DNA of 31,321 nt, taken from Candidatus Aminicenantes bacterium (GTDB taxonomy: Bacteria; Acidobacteriota; Aminicenantia; Aminicenantales; Saccharicenantaceae). The position numbers were made by a program, and so were the translations under genes. The stretch spans positions 1 through 31,321 of the forward strand of contig JALHVH010000047.1 in assembly GCA_022867105.1 (NCBI GenBank), given 5' to 3'. Shown here piece after piece: positions 9,197-18,041 of the stretch. A model generated the notes under the pieces. It saw only the letters and a program-made list of their open reading frames with translations. It ran no database searches and was not told where the DNA came from. Each line of letters opens with the position of its first letter. The stretch's first letter is position 1.

Positions 9197-9589
9197 ATGC
9201 CGACACCATCAAGATACTGGCGAGAGATCCCTCAGAGGTACCGGCTTGAAGCCGGAAAATGCGCGAGCTGTGGGTACGTCTGTTTCCCGCCCCGCCTGAT
9301 TTGTCCGCGGTGCGGCAGCCAGGAATTCGCAAAGACGAAGCTCGCGGATTCCGGAAAAATCCTCACCTACACAATCATCCGCGTCGCTCCGCATCAGTAT
9401 GTCGACCAGGCGCCCTACGCCGTCGGCATCGCCGAGCAGGATGACGGCGTGAAGCTGACGGCCCAGATCGTCGACTGCAATTTCGAGGATTTGAAGATCG
9501 GGATGCGGGTCAAAATTGAATTCCGGAAAATTTACGAGGAAGGGGAAGCCGGCGTCATCTACTACGGATATAAATTCGTCAAAGAATAA
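9197..9589 (+). CDS. DUF35 family Zn-ribbon/OB-fold protein (thiolase-HMGCS scaffold)
   Basis: CASC-x10-CPRC Zn ribbon followed by an OB fold (GKILTYTII...PYAVGI...GMRV). It follows the thiolase directly. Confidence 0.9.
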   Translation: MPTPSRYWREIPQRYRLEAGKCASCGYVCFPPRLICPRCGSQEFAKTKLADSGKILTYTIIRVAPHQYVDQAPYAVGIAEQDDGVKLTAQIVDCNFEDLKIGMRVKIEFRKIYEEGEAGVIYYGYKFVKE

Positions 9590-9617
9590 ACGCCGCCGCC
9601 GAGCGAAAGGACGGGCG

Positions 9618-11225
9618 ATGTTCAGAATCGAATCCAAAGTCGACACCCAAAGTCAGGATTACAGGCAGAATCTCGAGCATATGACGAAAGTCGTGGCCGA
9701 GTACAAGGAGCGCCTGGCCAAGGTTCAGGCGGGAGGGTCGGCTAAGTACCGCGAGCTTCACAAGTCCCGCGGCAAGCTTCTCGTCCGGGAGCGATTGGAT
9801 AAGCTTTTCGACCGCAACACGCCGTTCCTGGAGCTCAGCGCCCTGGCCGCCAACGGCATGTACGAGGACGAAGCCCCCGGGGCGAGCATGGTCACGGGCG
9901 TCGGCGTCGTTCGCGGCCGCGAAGTGCTTGTTGTGGCCAACGACGCCACGGTGAAAGGCGGCACCTATTTCCCGATAACCATCAAGAAGCACCTCCGCGC
10001 CCAGGAGGTGGCCCTCGAAAACCGGCTGCCCTGCATCTACCTGGTCGATTCCGGCGGTATCTTTCTCCCCCATCAGGCGGGGACGTTCCCCGACAAGGAG
10101 CATTTCGGACGGATCTTCTATAACCAAGCCCGCCTCTCCGCGCTCGGCATCCCGCAGATCTCGATCGTCATGGGATCGTGCACGGCCGGCGGCGCCTATG
10201 TCCCGGCGATGAGCGACGAGACGGTCATCGTCCGCCGGCAGGGGACGATTTTCATTGGAGGTCCGCCGCTGGTCAAAGCGGCCACGGGCGAGGAGGTTTC
10301 GGATGAGGACTTGGGCGGCGCCGACGTCCACTGCCGCATCTCCGGCGTTTCGGACTATTACGCGTTGAACGATGAGCACGCGCTCGAAATCGCCCGGAAT
10401 ATTGTCGAGACGCTCGCCCCGCCGTGCCGGTTCGTGCTGAATACAGCCAAGCCTGAAGACCCGGATTATGATCCTGCAGAGATGTACGGCATCGTGCCGA
10501 GGGATTTACGGAAGGCCTTTGATATCAAAGAGCTCATCGCCCGGATTGTGGACGGAAGCCGTTTCCAGGAGTTCAAGGAGCTCTACGCCCAGACGCTGGT
10601 CTGCGGGTTCGCCCGCATCATGGGCTATCCCGTGGGCATCCTGGCCAACAACGGCGTGCTTTTCTCTGAAAGCTCGCTCAAGGGTGCGCATTTCATCACC
10701 CTCTGCGCTATGCGCAAGATCCCGCTCGTCTTTCTCCAGAACATCACCGGCTTCATCGTCGGCAAGCAGTACGAGCATCGCGGCATCGCCAGGGACGGGG
10801 CGAAGCTTGTCCATGCCGTAGCCAACGCCGACGTGCCCAAATTCACGGTCATCGTCGGCGGCTCCTACGGCGCAGGCAACTATGCCATGTGCGGCCGTGC
10901 CTACGATCCGCGCCTGCTCTGGATGTGGCCCAACGCGCGAATCGGCGTCATGGGCGGCGAGCAGGCGGCCAATGTCCTAGTCTCCGTGAAAATCAAGAAG
11001 CTCCAGGAACAGGGCGTCAAAATGACCGAGGAAGAGAGGGAAAAGATGATCAGACCCATCCTGGACACATACGAAGCGGAGGCCAGCCCGTATTTCAGCA
11101 CGGCCAGGCTATGGGACGACGGCCTCCTCGACCCCCTCGAGACGCGGCAGGCGCTAGCGCTCGGAATCGCCATGAGCCTGAACGCTCCCATTCCGGATTT
11201 CAAGGTCGGAATCTTCAGGATGTGA
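9618..11225 (+). CDS. liuB: 3-methylcrotonyl-CoA carboxylase beta (carboxyltransferase) subunit
   Basis: [16 protein letters not shown]...[55 protein letters not shown] and STARLWDDG. The start is placed at ATG 9618. Confidence 0.88.
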   Translation: MFRIESKVDTQSQDYRQNLEHMTKVVAEYKERLAKVQAGGSAKYRELHKSRGKLLVRERLDKLFDRNTPFLELSALAANGMYEDEAPGASMVTGVGVVRGREVLVVANDATVKGGTYFPITIKKHLRAQEVALENRLPCIYLVDSGGIFLPHQAGTFPDKEHFGRIFYNQARLSALGIPQISIVMGSCTAGGAYVPAMSDETVIVRRQGTIFIGGPPLVKAATGEEVSDEDLGGADVHCRISGVSDYYALNDEHALEIARNIVETLAPPCRFVLNTAKPEDPDYDPAEMYGIVPRDLRKAFDIKELIARIVDGSRFQEFKELYAQTLVCGFARIMGYPVGILANNGVLFSESSLKGAHFITLCAMRKIPLVFLQNITGFIVGKQYEHRGIARDGAKLVHAVANADVPKFTVIVGGSYGAGNYAMCGRAYDPRLLWMWPNARIGVMGGEQAANVLVSVKIKKLQEQGVKMTEEEREKMIRPILDTYEAEASPYFSTARLWDDGLLDPLETRQALALGIAMSLNAPIPDFKVGIFRM

Positions 11226-11267
11226 CAGCCAAGTTCTGATGATGATCGTGATGAACGGCGAACTCAA

Positions 11268-12059
11268 GTGAAAGAAAAAAAATACGAAACGATCATTCTG
11301 TCGCTCGAGGACAAGGTCGGCCGCGTCTGGCTCAACCGGCCCGAAATCCACAACGCGTTCAACGTCGTCATGATTCGGGAACTCCGGGACGCCATCCGGA
11401 CCCTCGGCGCGGATGAAGCTGTCCGGGTCGTCGTTCTCTCCGGCAAGGGGAAGTCATTCTGCGCGGGCGCGGATTTAAATTGGATGCGGGAGATCATCAC
11501 TTATTCCTACGAGCAGAACCTCCGGGAATCGCTCGAGCTGGCCGAGTTCCTGTATGAGCTTTACGCCCTGCCCAAGCCAACGATCGCCCGGCTGAACGGG
11601 GCCGCTATCGGAGGCGGCGCGGGTTTCCTCTCCGCCTGCGACATCGCTGTCGCTTCGGCCGACGCGCAGCTCGGCCTGAGCGAAGTGAAAATCGGCCTGG
11701 TGCCGGCCTGTATAGCCCCTTATGTGCTGCGGAGAACCGGGGAGAGCCGGGCCCGCCGGTTATTCCTGACGGGCGAGCGGTTCGACGCCAAGCGGGCGGC
11801 GGAGATCGGCCTGGTTGACGAGGTCGCCGCGCCCGCAGATCTGGACGGAAGGGTCGATGACATCGTCGGCCGCCTCCTATCGTCAGGACCCGAAGCGCTG
11901 GCCTGTTGTAAGGAGCTTCTCCGGAGGGTTCCCGGGATGAGCTTCGAGGACGTCAAGCGCTTCACGGCGGAGATGATCGCCGGGCTCCGGGTCAGCCGGG
12001 AAGGCCAGGAGGGTATGGCCGCCTTCCTGGAAAAAAGAAAGCCAAGATGGACCGACTGA
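11268..12059 (+). CDS. liuC: Enoyl-CoA hydratase/isomerase, methylglutaconyl-CoA hydratase-like
   Basis: LNRPEIHNAFN, FCAGADL, AIGGGAG and SEVKIGLVPACIAPYV. It sits between the MCC subunits, as in liu/yng operons. Confidence 0.8.
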   Translation: MKEKKYETIILSLEDKVGRVWLNRPEIHNAFNVVMIRELRDAIRTLGADEAVRVVVLSGKGKSFCAGADLNWMREIITYSYEQNLRESLELAEFLYELYALPKPTIARLNGAAIGGGAGFLSACDIAVASADAQLGLSEVKIGLVPACIAPYVLRRTGESRARRLFLTGERFDAKRAAEIGLVDEVAAPADLDGRVDDIVGRLLSSGPEALACCKELLRRVPGMSFEDVKRFTAEMIAGLRVSREGQEGMAAFLEKRKPRWTD

Positions 12060-12140
12060 AGTCTTTGTGGTTGTCTTTCGTGAAAAGGGATGGGGGAATT
12101 TGCCGGCATGATGGAATGATCATGATCTTGGGGAAGCGAG

Positions 12141-13667
12141 ATGTTTAAGAAGGTTTTAATCGCCAACCGGGGCGAGATCGCCGTCAGGGTGATCAGGGCC
12201 TGCCGTGATATGGGGATTGCGACGGTGGCCGTCCATTCTGAGGCGGATAAACTGAGCCTCCATGTCCAGCTCGCCGACGAAGCCGTCCCCATCGGACCGG
12301 CTCCTGCCGCCGAGAGCTACCTCAACATGGCCCGGATCATCCGGGCCACTCATGACACCCGCTCCGAAGCCATCCACCCCGGCTATGGTTTTCTGGCGGA
12401 AAACGCAGACTTCGCCCGGCTCTGCGAGAAAGAAGGCATCGTTTTCATCGGGCCCAACTCCGGAGCGTTGGCGCTGGTGGGCGACAAGGTCCGCGCCCGC
12501 CAGACGATGGAGAAAGTCGGTATTCCGATCATCCCGGGAATGAAGGCCATTCCTAAATCTGTGACGGAATTCGAAGTCGCGGCGCGATCCATCGGATATC
12601 CGGTGATCGTCAAAGCTTCGGCCGGAGGCGGCGGAAAAGGGATGCGCATCGTCTGCGGGGAAAAGGACCTGAGGCCGGCTCTCGAGGCGGGGATGCGGGA
12701 AGCCAAGTCCGCTTTCGGCGATGAGTCGGTGTATCTCGAAAAATATATCGAAGAGCCCCGGCATGTTGAGTTCCAGGTCCTGGCCGACAACGCCGGCGCG
12801 ATGGTCCATCTTTTCGAGCGGGAATGCTCGATCCAAAGGCGCCACCAGAAAATCGTCGAGGAGACGCCCTCTCCGGCCCTGGACCCGGACCTGCGGGCCC
12901 GGATGGCGGAGACGGCCAAAAAAGCGATGCGGGCGGCAGGCTACAACAACGCCGGCACCGTCGAGTTCCTCCTGGATAAAGATCGCAACTTTTACTTCCT
13001 GGAAGTGAACGCCCGGCTCCAGGTCGAGCATCCTGTGACGGAGATGGTGACGGGCGTGGACTTGGTCCGCCGGCAGATCCTGATCGCGGCCGGGGAAAAA
13101 TTGACTTTAAGGCAGGAGGATCTCCGCCAGAGGGGGCATGCCATTGAATGCCGGATCTACGCCGAGGATCCGGAGAACAATTTCCTTCCTTCTTCCGGCA
13201 AGATCTTGTTCCTCAAAGAGCCGCAGGGCCCGGGAGTCCGCTATGATGGCGGCATTTACGGAGGCTGGGAAGTCCCGATTTATTATGATCCGATCCTGGC
13301 GAAGCTGATTGTCTGGGCCGAAGACCGGGAAATGGCTTGCCGGAGGATGGCCGCCGCGCTGGACGACTTTGTGATCCTGGGAATTCACACGACGATCGAT
13401 TTTCTCAAAGACATCATCCATCATCCGGAGTTCCGGGCCGGCCGGACAAACACGGCGTTCATCAAGAATTATTTCGACGGATGGAAAGAGAGCGGGAAAA
13501 ACGAAGACAAGCTGCGACTGGCCCTGGCTGCGGCCGCTTTTGATGACATGGCCGCGGCGACGCGCCCGGGAGGCGGTCCGGCCCGGGAAGCGAAAGAAGA
13601 CGCCGCAGCGCCCTGGAAGACATTGGGCCGGTGGAGGATCGGAGGAGCCGGGTCTCATGGAATTTGA
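12141..13667 (+). CDS. Biotin carboxylase subunit of acyl-CoA carboxylase (MCC alpha, N-terminal part)
   Basis: VLIANRGEIA, HPGYGFLAEN, KASAGGGGKGMR, ERECSIQRRHQK, FLEVNARLQVEH and YYDPILAKL. It has no biotinyl domain. Confidence 0.92.
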   Translation: MFKKVLIANRGEIAVRVIRACRDMGIATVAVHSEADKLSLHVQLADEAVPIGPAPAAESYLNMARIIRATHDTRSEAIHPGYGFLAENADFARLCEKEGIVFIGPNSGALALVGDKVRARQTMEKVGIPIIPGMKAIPKSVTEFEVAARSIGYPVIVKASAGGGGKGMRIVCGEKDLRPALEAGMREAKSAFGDESVYLEKYIEEPRHVEFQVLADNAGAMVHLFERECSIQRRHQKIVEETPSPALDPDLRARMAETAKKAMRAAGYNNAGTVEFLLDKDRNFYFLEVNARLQVEHPVTEMVTGVDLVRRQILIAAGEKLTLRQEDLRQRGHAIECRIYAEDPENNFLPSSGKILFLKEPQGPGVRYDGGIYGGWEVPIYYDPILAKLIVWAEDREMACRRMAAALDDFVILGIHTTIDFLKDIIHHPEFRAGRTNTAFIKNYFDGWKESGKNEDKLRLALAAAAFDDMAAATRPGGGPAREAKEDAAAPWKTLGRWRIGGAGSHGI

Positions 13668-14163
13668 GTTTCTCATCGACGGCGCTCTCAGGAAGATTTC
13701 CCTGGAGAAAAAGGAAAAGACGTACGTTATCCGGGATGGAGAGACGATCCTTGAAACCGAAATCAGGCCTGTCTCCGAAAACGAGTTGATGTTCCTCGCA
13801 GGCGGCCGGTCCTCGAGGGTCTATATCGCCCGGGACGGAGAGCGAAGGCTCGTTTTTACAGGGGGCCGCAAGTTCGTCGTCTGCGAATCCCTTCATGAGG
13901 CCGGGCATTTAATCGGCGGGGATGAGAGGACGCCCGAGGGAGGGCGGCATGTAAAAGCGCCCATGCCGGGGAAGGTCATCAAGCTGAATGTCGCTGAAGG
14001 CGAAGACGTGAGGAAGAACCAGACCCTGGTGATCGTCGAAGCGATGAAGATGGAAAACGAGATCAAATCCGCGATCGAGGGCACCATAAAAAAAATTCAT
14101 GTGGCGGCCGGCGATCTGGTCGATTCGGAGAAGTCGCTGATCGAGATCGAGCCAAAACGCTGA
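13657..14163 (+). CDS. Biotin carboxyl carrier protein with N-terminal BT-like beta region
   Basis: APMPGKV and EAMKMENEI (biotinyl-Lys). It has its own RBS (GGAGGAG) and ATG 13657, overlapping the previous stop by 11 nt. Confidence 0.88.
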   Translation: MEFEFLIDGALRKISLEKKEKTYVIRDGETILETEIRPVSENELMFLAGGRSSRVYIARDGERRLVFTGGRKFVVCESLHEAGHLIGGDERTPEGGRHVKAPMPGKVIKLNVAEGEDVRKNQTLVIVEAMKMENEIKSAIEGTIKKIHVAAGDLVDSEKSLIEIEPKR

Positions 14164-14201
14164 GCGGAGGCCATAATAAAAATCGGCATATGTTCGCTGA
14201 T

Positions 14202-14217
14202 TTTAGGCTTGCCTAAA
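14202..14217. promoter_or_regulatory. Perfect palindrome TTTAGGC-TT-GCCTAAA upstream of the acyl-CoA dehydrogenase
   Basis: 7-bp arms with a 2-nt spacer in an 85-bp intergenic gap. Function unknown. Confidence 0.35.
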
Positions 14218-14248
14218 GCCTCAGCCAGGAGCTGAAAAGGAGGGAACG

Positions 14249-15391
14249 ATGACGCCTGAAACGCTGGAAACCTTGAATGAATGCCGGGAGATGGTGCGGG
14301 ATTTCGCCCGCACGGAAATCGCCCCCCATGTCCGGGAATGGGACGAAAAGGCCCATTTTCCCCACGGCATCCTCCGCCGTCTTGGCGAACTTGGGCTGAT
14401 GGGGATCCTGATTCCGGAAGAGCTCGGCGGAGCCGGGCTGACCTATCGGCATTACGTGGCGATCCTGGAAGAACTGGGGGCCGTCGAGGGCGGAATCGCC
14501 CTCTCGGTAGCAGCCCACAATTCCCTGTGCACGAACCATGTTTTCTTATTCGGGACCGATGAGCTGCGCCGCCGGTGGGTGCCCCGGCTGGCGTCCGGAG
14601 AAGTCATCGGCGCGTGGGGATTGACGGAACCCGAGGCCGGGTCCGACTCCGGCGCGACCAAGACCATGGCCGTCCGCGACTCCGGCGGCTGGGTTTTAAA
14701 CGGCACCAAAAATTTCATCACGCATGCCGGAGCCGGAGGGATCGCGGTGGTGATGGCGCGGACGCAGCCGGGGAAGGACCATCACGGCATCTCTGCGTTC
14801 CTCGTCCCGCTCGACGTCCCCGGTGTCACGGTCGGAAAACACGAAGATAAGATCGGCATGCGCATTTCCGACACGGCCTCGTTGATCTTCGAAGACTGCC
14901 GCATCGGAGGGGACGCTCTCCTGGGTAACGAAGGCGACGGGTTCATCCAGGCCATGGTTGTCCTCGAAGGCGGCCGGATTTCAATCGCCGCCCTTTCTGT
15001 GGGGATCGCCCGGGGAGCTCTCGACGCGGCCGTTGCTTATGCCAAGCAGCGCCGTCAATTCGGGAAGTCCATCGCGGCTTTTCAAGGCATCCGTTTCAAG
15101 CTGGCCGACATGGCCACCCACGTCAGCGCCGCCCGGCTGCTCACCGAATCCGCGGCCGACGATAAGGACGCGGGGCGGAAGACCACCCTGATCTCATCGC
15201 AGGCCAAGCTTTATGCTTCGGAAGTCGCCGTTAATGTGGCGGAGGAGGCCGTCCAGATCTTCGGCGGATACGGCTACTGTAAGGATTATCCGGTCGAGAA
15301 GTTCTGGCGCGACGCCAAGCTGTGCACGATCGGAGAGGGCACGAGCGAGATCCAGCGCCTGGTGATCGCCCGGGAGCTCATCGGGGAATAA
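14249..15391 (+). CDS. Acyl-CoA dehydrogenase (probably isovaleryl/branched-chain, by context)
   Basis: [45 protein letters not shown] and [22 protein letters not shown]. Confidence 0.9.
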   Translation: MTPETLETLNECREMVRDFARTEIAPHVREWDEKAHFPHGILRRLGELGLMGILIPEELGGAGLTYRHYVAILEELGAVEGGIALSVAAHNSLCTNHVFLFGTDELRRRWVPRLASGEVIGAWGLTEPEAGSDSGATKTMAVRDSGGWVLNGTKNFITHAGAGGIAVVMARTQPGKDHHGISAFLVPLDVPGVTVGKHEDKIGMRISDTASLIFEDCRIGGDALLGNEGDGFIQAMVVLEGGRISIAALSVGIARGALDAAVAYAKQRRQFGKSIAAFQGIRFKLADMATHVSAARLLTESAADDKDAGRKTTLISSQAKLYASEVAVNVAEEAVQIFGGYGYCKDYPVEKFWRDAKLCTIGEGTSEIQRLVIARELIGE

Positions 15392-15420
15392 AGACCCGGC
15401 TTATTTCTCCCAATTGAAGA

Positions 15421-16668
15421 TCATTCGGCGCGGCGATAGACGATGGCCGTGACCGTTTTATCGTTTCCGCCCATGTTGACGGACAGCGCATAGGGGCGGT
15501 CCGGGGAAATCGGGATTTGCCAATTTCCCGCTTTCCCTGTCAGCTGCTGCCAGATGGTGACGGCCTGCCTCACTCCCGTGCCGCCTGTGGGATGTCCCCA
15601 GCCGATCAGCCCGCCGGACGTGTTGACAGGCAAAGTTCCCTGGCGCGAGGTATTCCCAGCTAAAACATAATCAGCCCCTTCGCCTTTCCCGGCCAGCCCG
15701 ATCGCCTCCACGGATAAGAGACCGGAAATCGTGAAGCAGTCATGGCATTCCACGGTCCCCAGCTCCTGGAGAGGAATTCCCGCGCACTCCAAGGCTTTTT
15801 TCACAGCTCTAGCCGTCGTTTCGAGCCGGGTCGGATCTTCCGGAGGAATCGTCAGATCCGCTTCAACCTGCCCCCAGCCGACGACTTCCACGGCGTCGGA
15901 TTTAGGGATTCCAATCCGTTTCAAGCCTTTTTCGGAGACGATGGCGATGGCGGACCCCGCGTCGGAGACTTTGGAGCAGTCAAAGACATTCAAGTGGTCA
16001 ACGAACGTCCGGGGATTCGGTTCCGTTAAGGCCAATGATTCGAGATTTTCCGCGGTATTATGGAATTCCTGGGCGGTTTCGCAGAGCCGGGCGTTTTCGA
16101 TGGCGTTCCGGTACCAGCGGGCGAAAGCTTGCCGCGTTTTCTCCCGGCCGTATTTTTCGAAATAGGCCCCCGCCCGGTCGCTGAAGGCCGCCGGGAAGAA
16201 ATAGGCGTGACCTTTCTTGCGTTCACCCCTGAACCAGCCGGCGCCGGCCAAGATGTCCGCTCCATAAATGGCCTTGACGGTGTTCTGGACTTCGACACCG
16301 ATCGCCAGGACGACATCGGCCGTTTCGGCGAGCACGGATTTCATCCCGGCAGCCAGTCCCAGCCCACCGGAGCCGCAGGCCCCTTCCACCCGGCAGCACG
16401 GTTTCCATCTCAAGTCATCATCCACATAGGGAATCAGGGCGGCTAGGTTGCCCTGCTTATTGAAGCGGGCCGCCATGAAATTGCTGATCACCCCTTCATC
16501 GACGTTCTTCCCTCCGCCGATTTGCTTCAAGGTCCCTTGGCCCGCTTCCCGGATGTATTCCTCAAGGCCCGGCCGGGGCTTTTTGGGATGGAATTCCTTC
16601 CGGCCCGTTCCCAGGGAGATGGTGTTGTATCCCGCCGTCATGAAGACTTTTCGCCGGCTTTTTTTCAT
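15421..16668 (-). CDS. 3-ketoacyl-CoA thiolase (SCP2/archaeal-like type)
   Basis: VEGACGSGG, DCSKVSDAGSA, ECHDCF, GGLIGWGHPTGGTG and NMGG. Confidence 0.85.
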   Translation of the reverse strand: MKKSRRKVFMTAGYNTISLGTGRKEFHPKKPRPGLEEYIREAGQGTLKQIGGGKNVDEGVISNFMAARFNKQGNLAALIPYVDDDLRWKPCCRVEGACGSGGLGLAAGMKSVLAETADVVLAIGVEVQNTVKAIYGADILAGAGWFRGERKKGHAYFFPAAFSDRAGAYFEKYGREKTRQAFARWYRNAIENARLCETAQEFHNTAENLESLALTEPNPRTFVDHLNVFDCSKVSDAGSAIAIVSEKGLKRIGIPKSDAVEVVGWGQVEADLTIPPEDPTRLETTARAVKKALECAGIPLQELGTVECHDCFTISGLLSVEAIGLAGKGEGADYVLAGNTSRQGTLPVNTSGGLIGWGHPTGGTGVRQAVTIWQQLTGKAGNWQIPISPDRPYALSVNMGGNDKTVTAIVYRRAE

Positions 16669-18017
16669 GGCCTGCTCTCTCCATTAAAATAATTGTTGAT
16701 CGGGCCGTAGGCATGGAAAAAGCCCGTCAGCAATACGGTATTGACGTCCTCTTCCCGGTCGGCGACTTTCTCGTTCACGAGCTCAAGGCCGATTTCCTTG
16801 GATTTCCGTCCATATCTTTTGGCTAAATCCGCGCCCAGGGTGTTCATCTTTTTCAGCTGCCGGAAATAGCCCTCCAGGAAATTTATCCTGTCGGGATGTT
16901 GGATCACACTTTTCCACGGCTTGGCTTGACCCGGCAGGACGCCCAACGCTTCATCACCGCGTCCCGCGATCTCCGAGAAGGGCGCGTAGGCCTGTTTTTC
17001 AGGATCAAATACGCCGTTGGGCCGTCCCTTTTCATATTTCAGGAATCCGTCCTTCTGGGACCCATCGGCGTATTGCCCGCCGGCAATCCCCAGGGAGATC
17101 AACCTGTCCACGAGAAAGCTGTGGAGCCGGCCTCCCGGGAGACGCTCGTTCATCACGCGCAAGATGCATTGGCAGATGTCGAGGCCCACGTAATCGATCA
17201 GTTGGAAAATCCCCATGGGACGGATCAGAAAATCCTGACTGACCTTATTCACCATATAGATCGCGTCGACCAGGCCGAAATCTTCGGCGAGCCGTTCGAC
17301 CTCAGCGACGGCATACAAGGCGTCCCTCATGAAGTGCCCGTTCCCGATGAAACCCGCGACGTCATGGGAAGGCACAACGGTTTTCCGCAACTTTTTGGCG
17401 AATTGCCTGGCAAAATCCGCAAGGTCGGGAAGAGTGGATTTCGCCGAAATCAATTCTACGAGTTTTTGAACGGCCGGAGGGTTGTAGAAGTGAAATCCGA
17501 TGAGGCGGCCGTTCAAATTCGCTTTGGCGTTCAATTCGGAAATGGGAATGGAAGACGTATTGGAAAAAAACCAGGCGTCCCGCGAGTTGTGAGAGATGAT
17601 CCGGGAGAGGAGCTCGACTTTGATGTCCAGGTTTTCATGAATCGCTTCAAACACCAGGGTGGAATGATAGGAGGTCTCGATCTCGGTGGCCGGACGGACG
17701 ATGGCCAGAACGTCCTCGATATATTGATTGATCACGTCCTCGTTTTCAATCAAATCCTCCCGCTTTTCATAGGCTTTCCGGAGCCAAGCCGCCTTTTGTT
17801 CCGCGGTCCGCTGGACCTGGGAGCGCAGGTATTTCAACAATCCCGAAAGGGCTTTCTGAGAAATATCCACGGCCTGGAGAGTAAAGGCCAGAGATTCGTA
17901 TCCGGGCTCCAGGCTCAGATCGGCCATTTCCATGGCCGCGAGCAGAACAATGCCCCTCCCCATTTTCCCCGCGGCCCCCAAAACGGTGACATTTTCAAGT
18001 CGCTCGGCATAATTCAT
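16665..18017 (-). CDS. 3-hydroxyacyl-CoA dehydrogenase family protein (atypical, 450 aa)
   Basis: Rossmann GAAGKMGRG, EAIHENLDIK, SNTSSIPI, GFHFYNPP (catalytic His), GFIGN and MGIFQLIDYVGLD. Confidence 0.85.
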   Translation of the reverse strand: MNYAERLENVTVLGAAGKMGRGIVLLAAMEMADLSLEPGYESLAFTLQAVDISQKALSGLLKYLRSQVQRTAEQKAAWLRKAYEKREDLIENEDVINQYIEDVLAIVRPATEIETSYHSTLVFEAIHENLDIKVELLSRIISHNSRDAWFFSNTSSIPISELNAKANLNGRLIGFHFYNPPAVQKLVELISAKSTLPDLADFARQFAKKLRKTVVPSHDVAGFIGNGHFMRDALYAVAEVERLAEDFGLVDAIYMVNKVSQDFLIRPMGIFQLIDYVGLDICQCILRVMNERLPGGRLHSFLVDRLISLGIAGGQYADGSQKDGFLKYEKGRPNGVFDPEKQAYAPFSEIAGRGDEALGVLPGQAKPWKSVIQHPDRINFLEGYFRQLKKMNTLGADLAKRYGRKSKEIGLELVNEKVADREEDVNTVLLTGFFHAYGPINNYFNGESRP

Positions 18018-18041
18018 CGATGTCCCTCGGCTCCTTCGAGA

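Noticed and set aside
6974-9589. PhlABC / 2,4-diacetylphloroglucinol biosynthesis
   Set aside because: There is no type III PKS (PhlD), and the HMGCS catalytic residues are intact.
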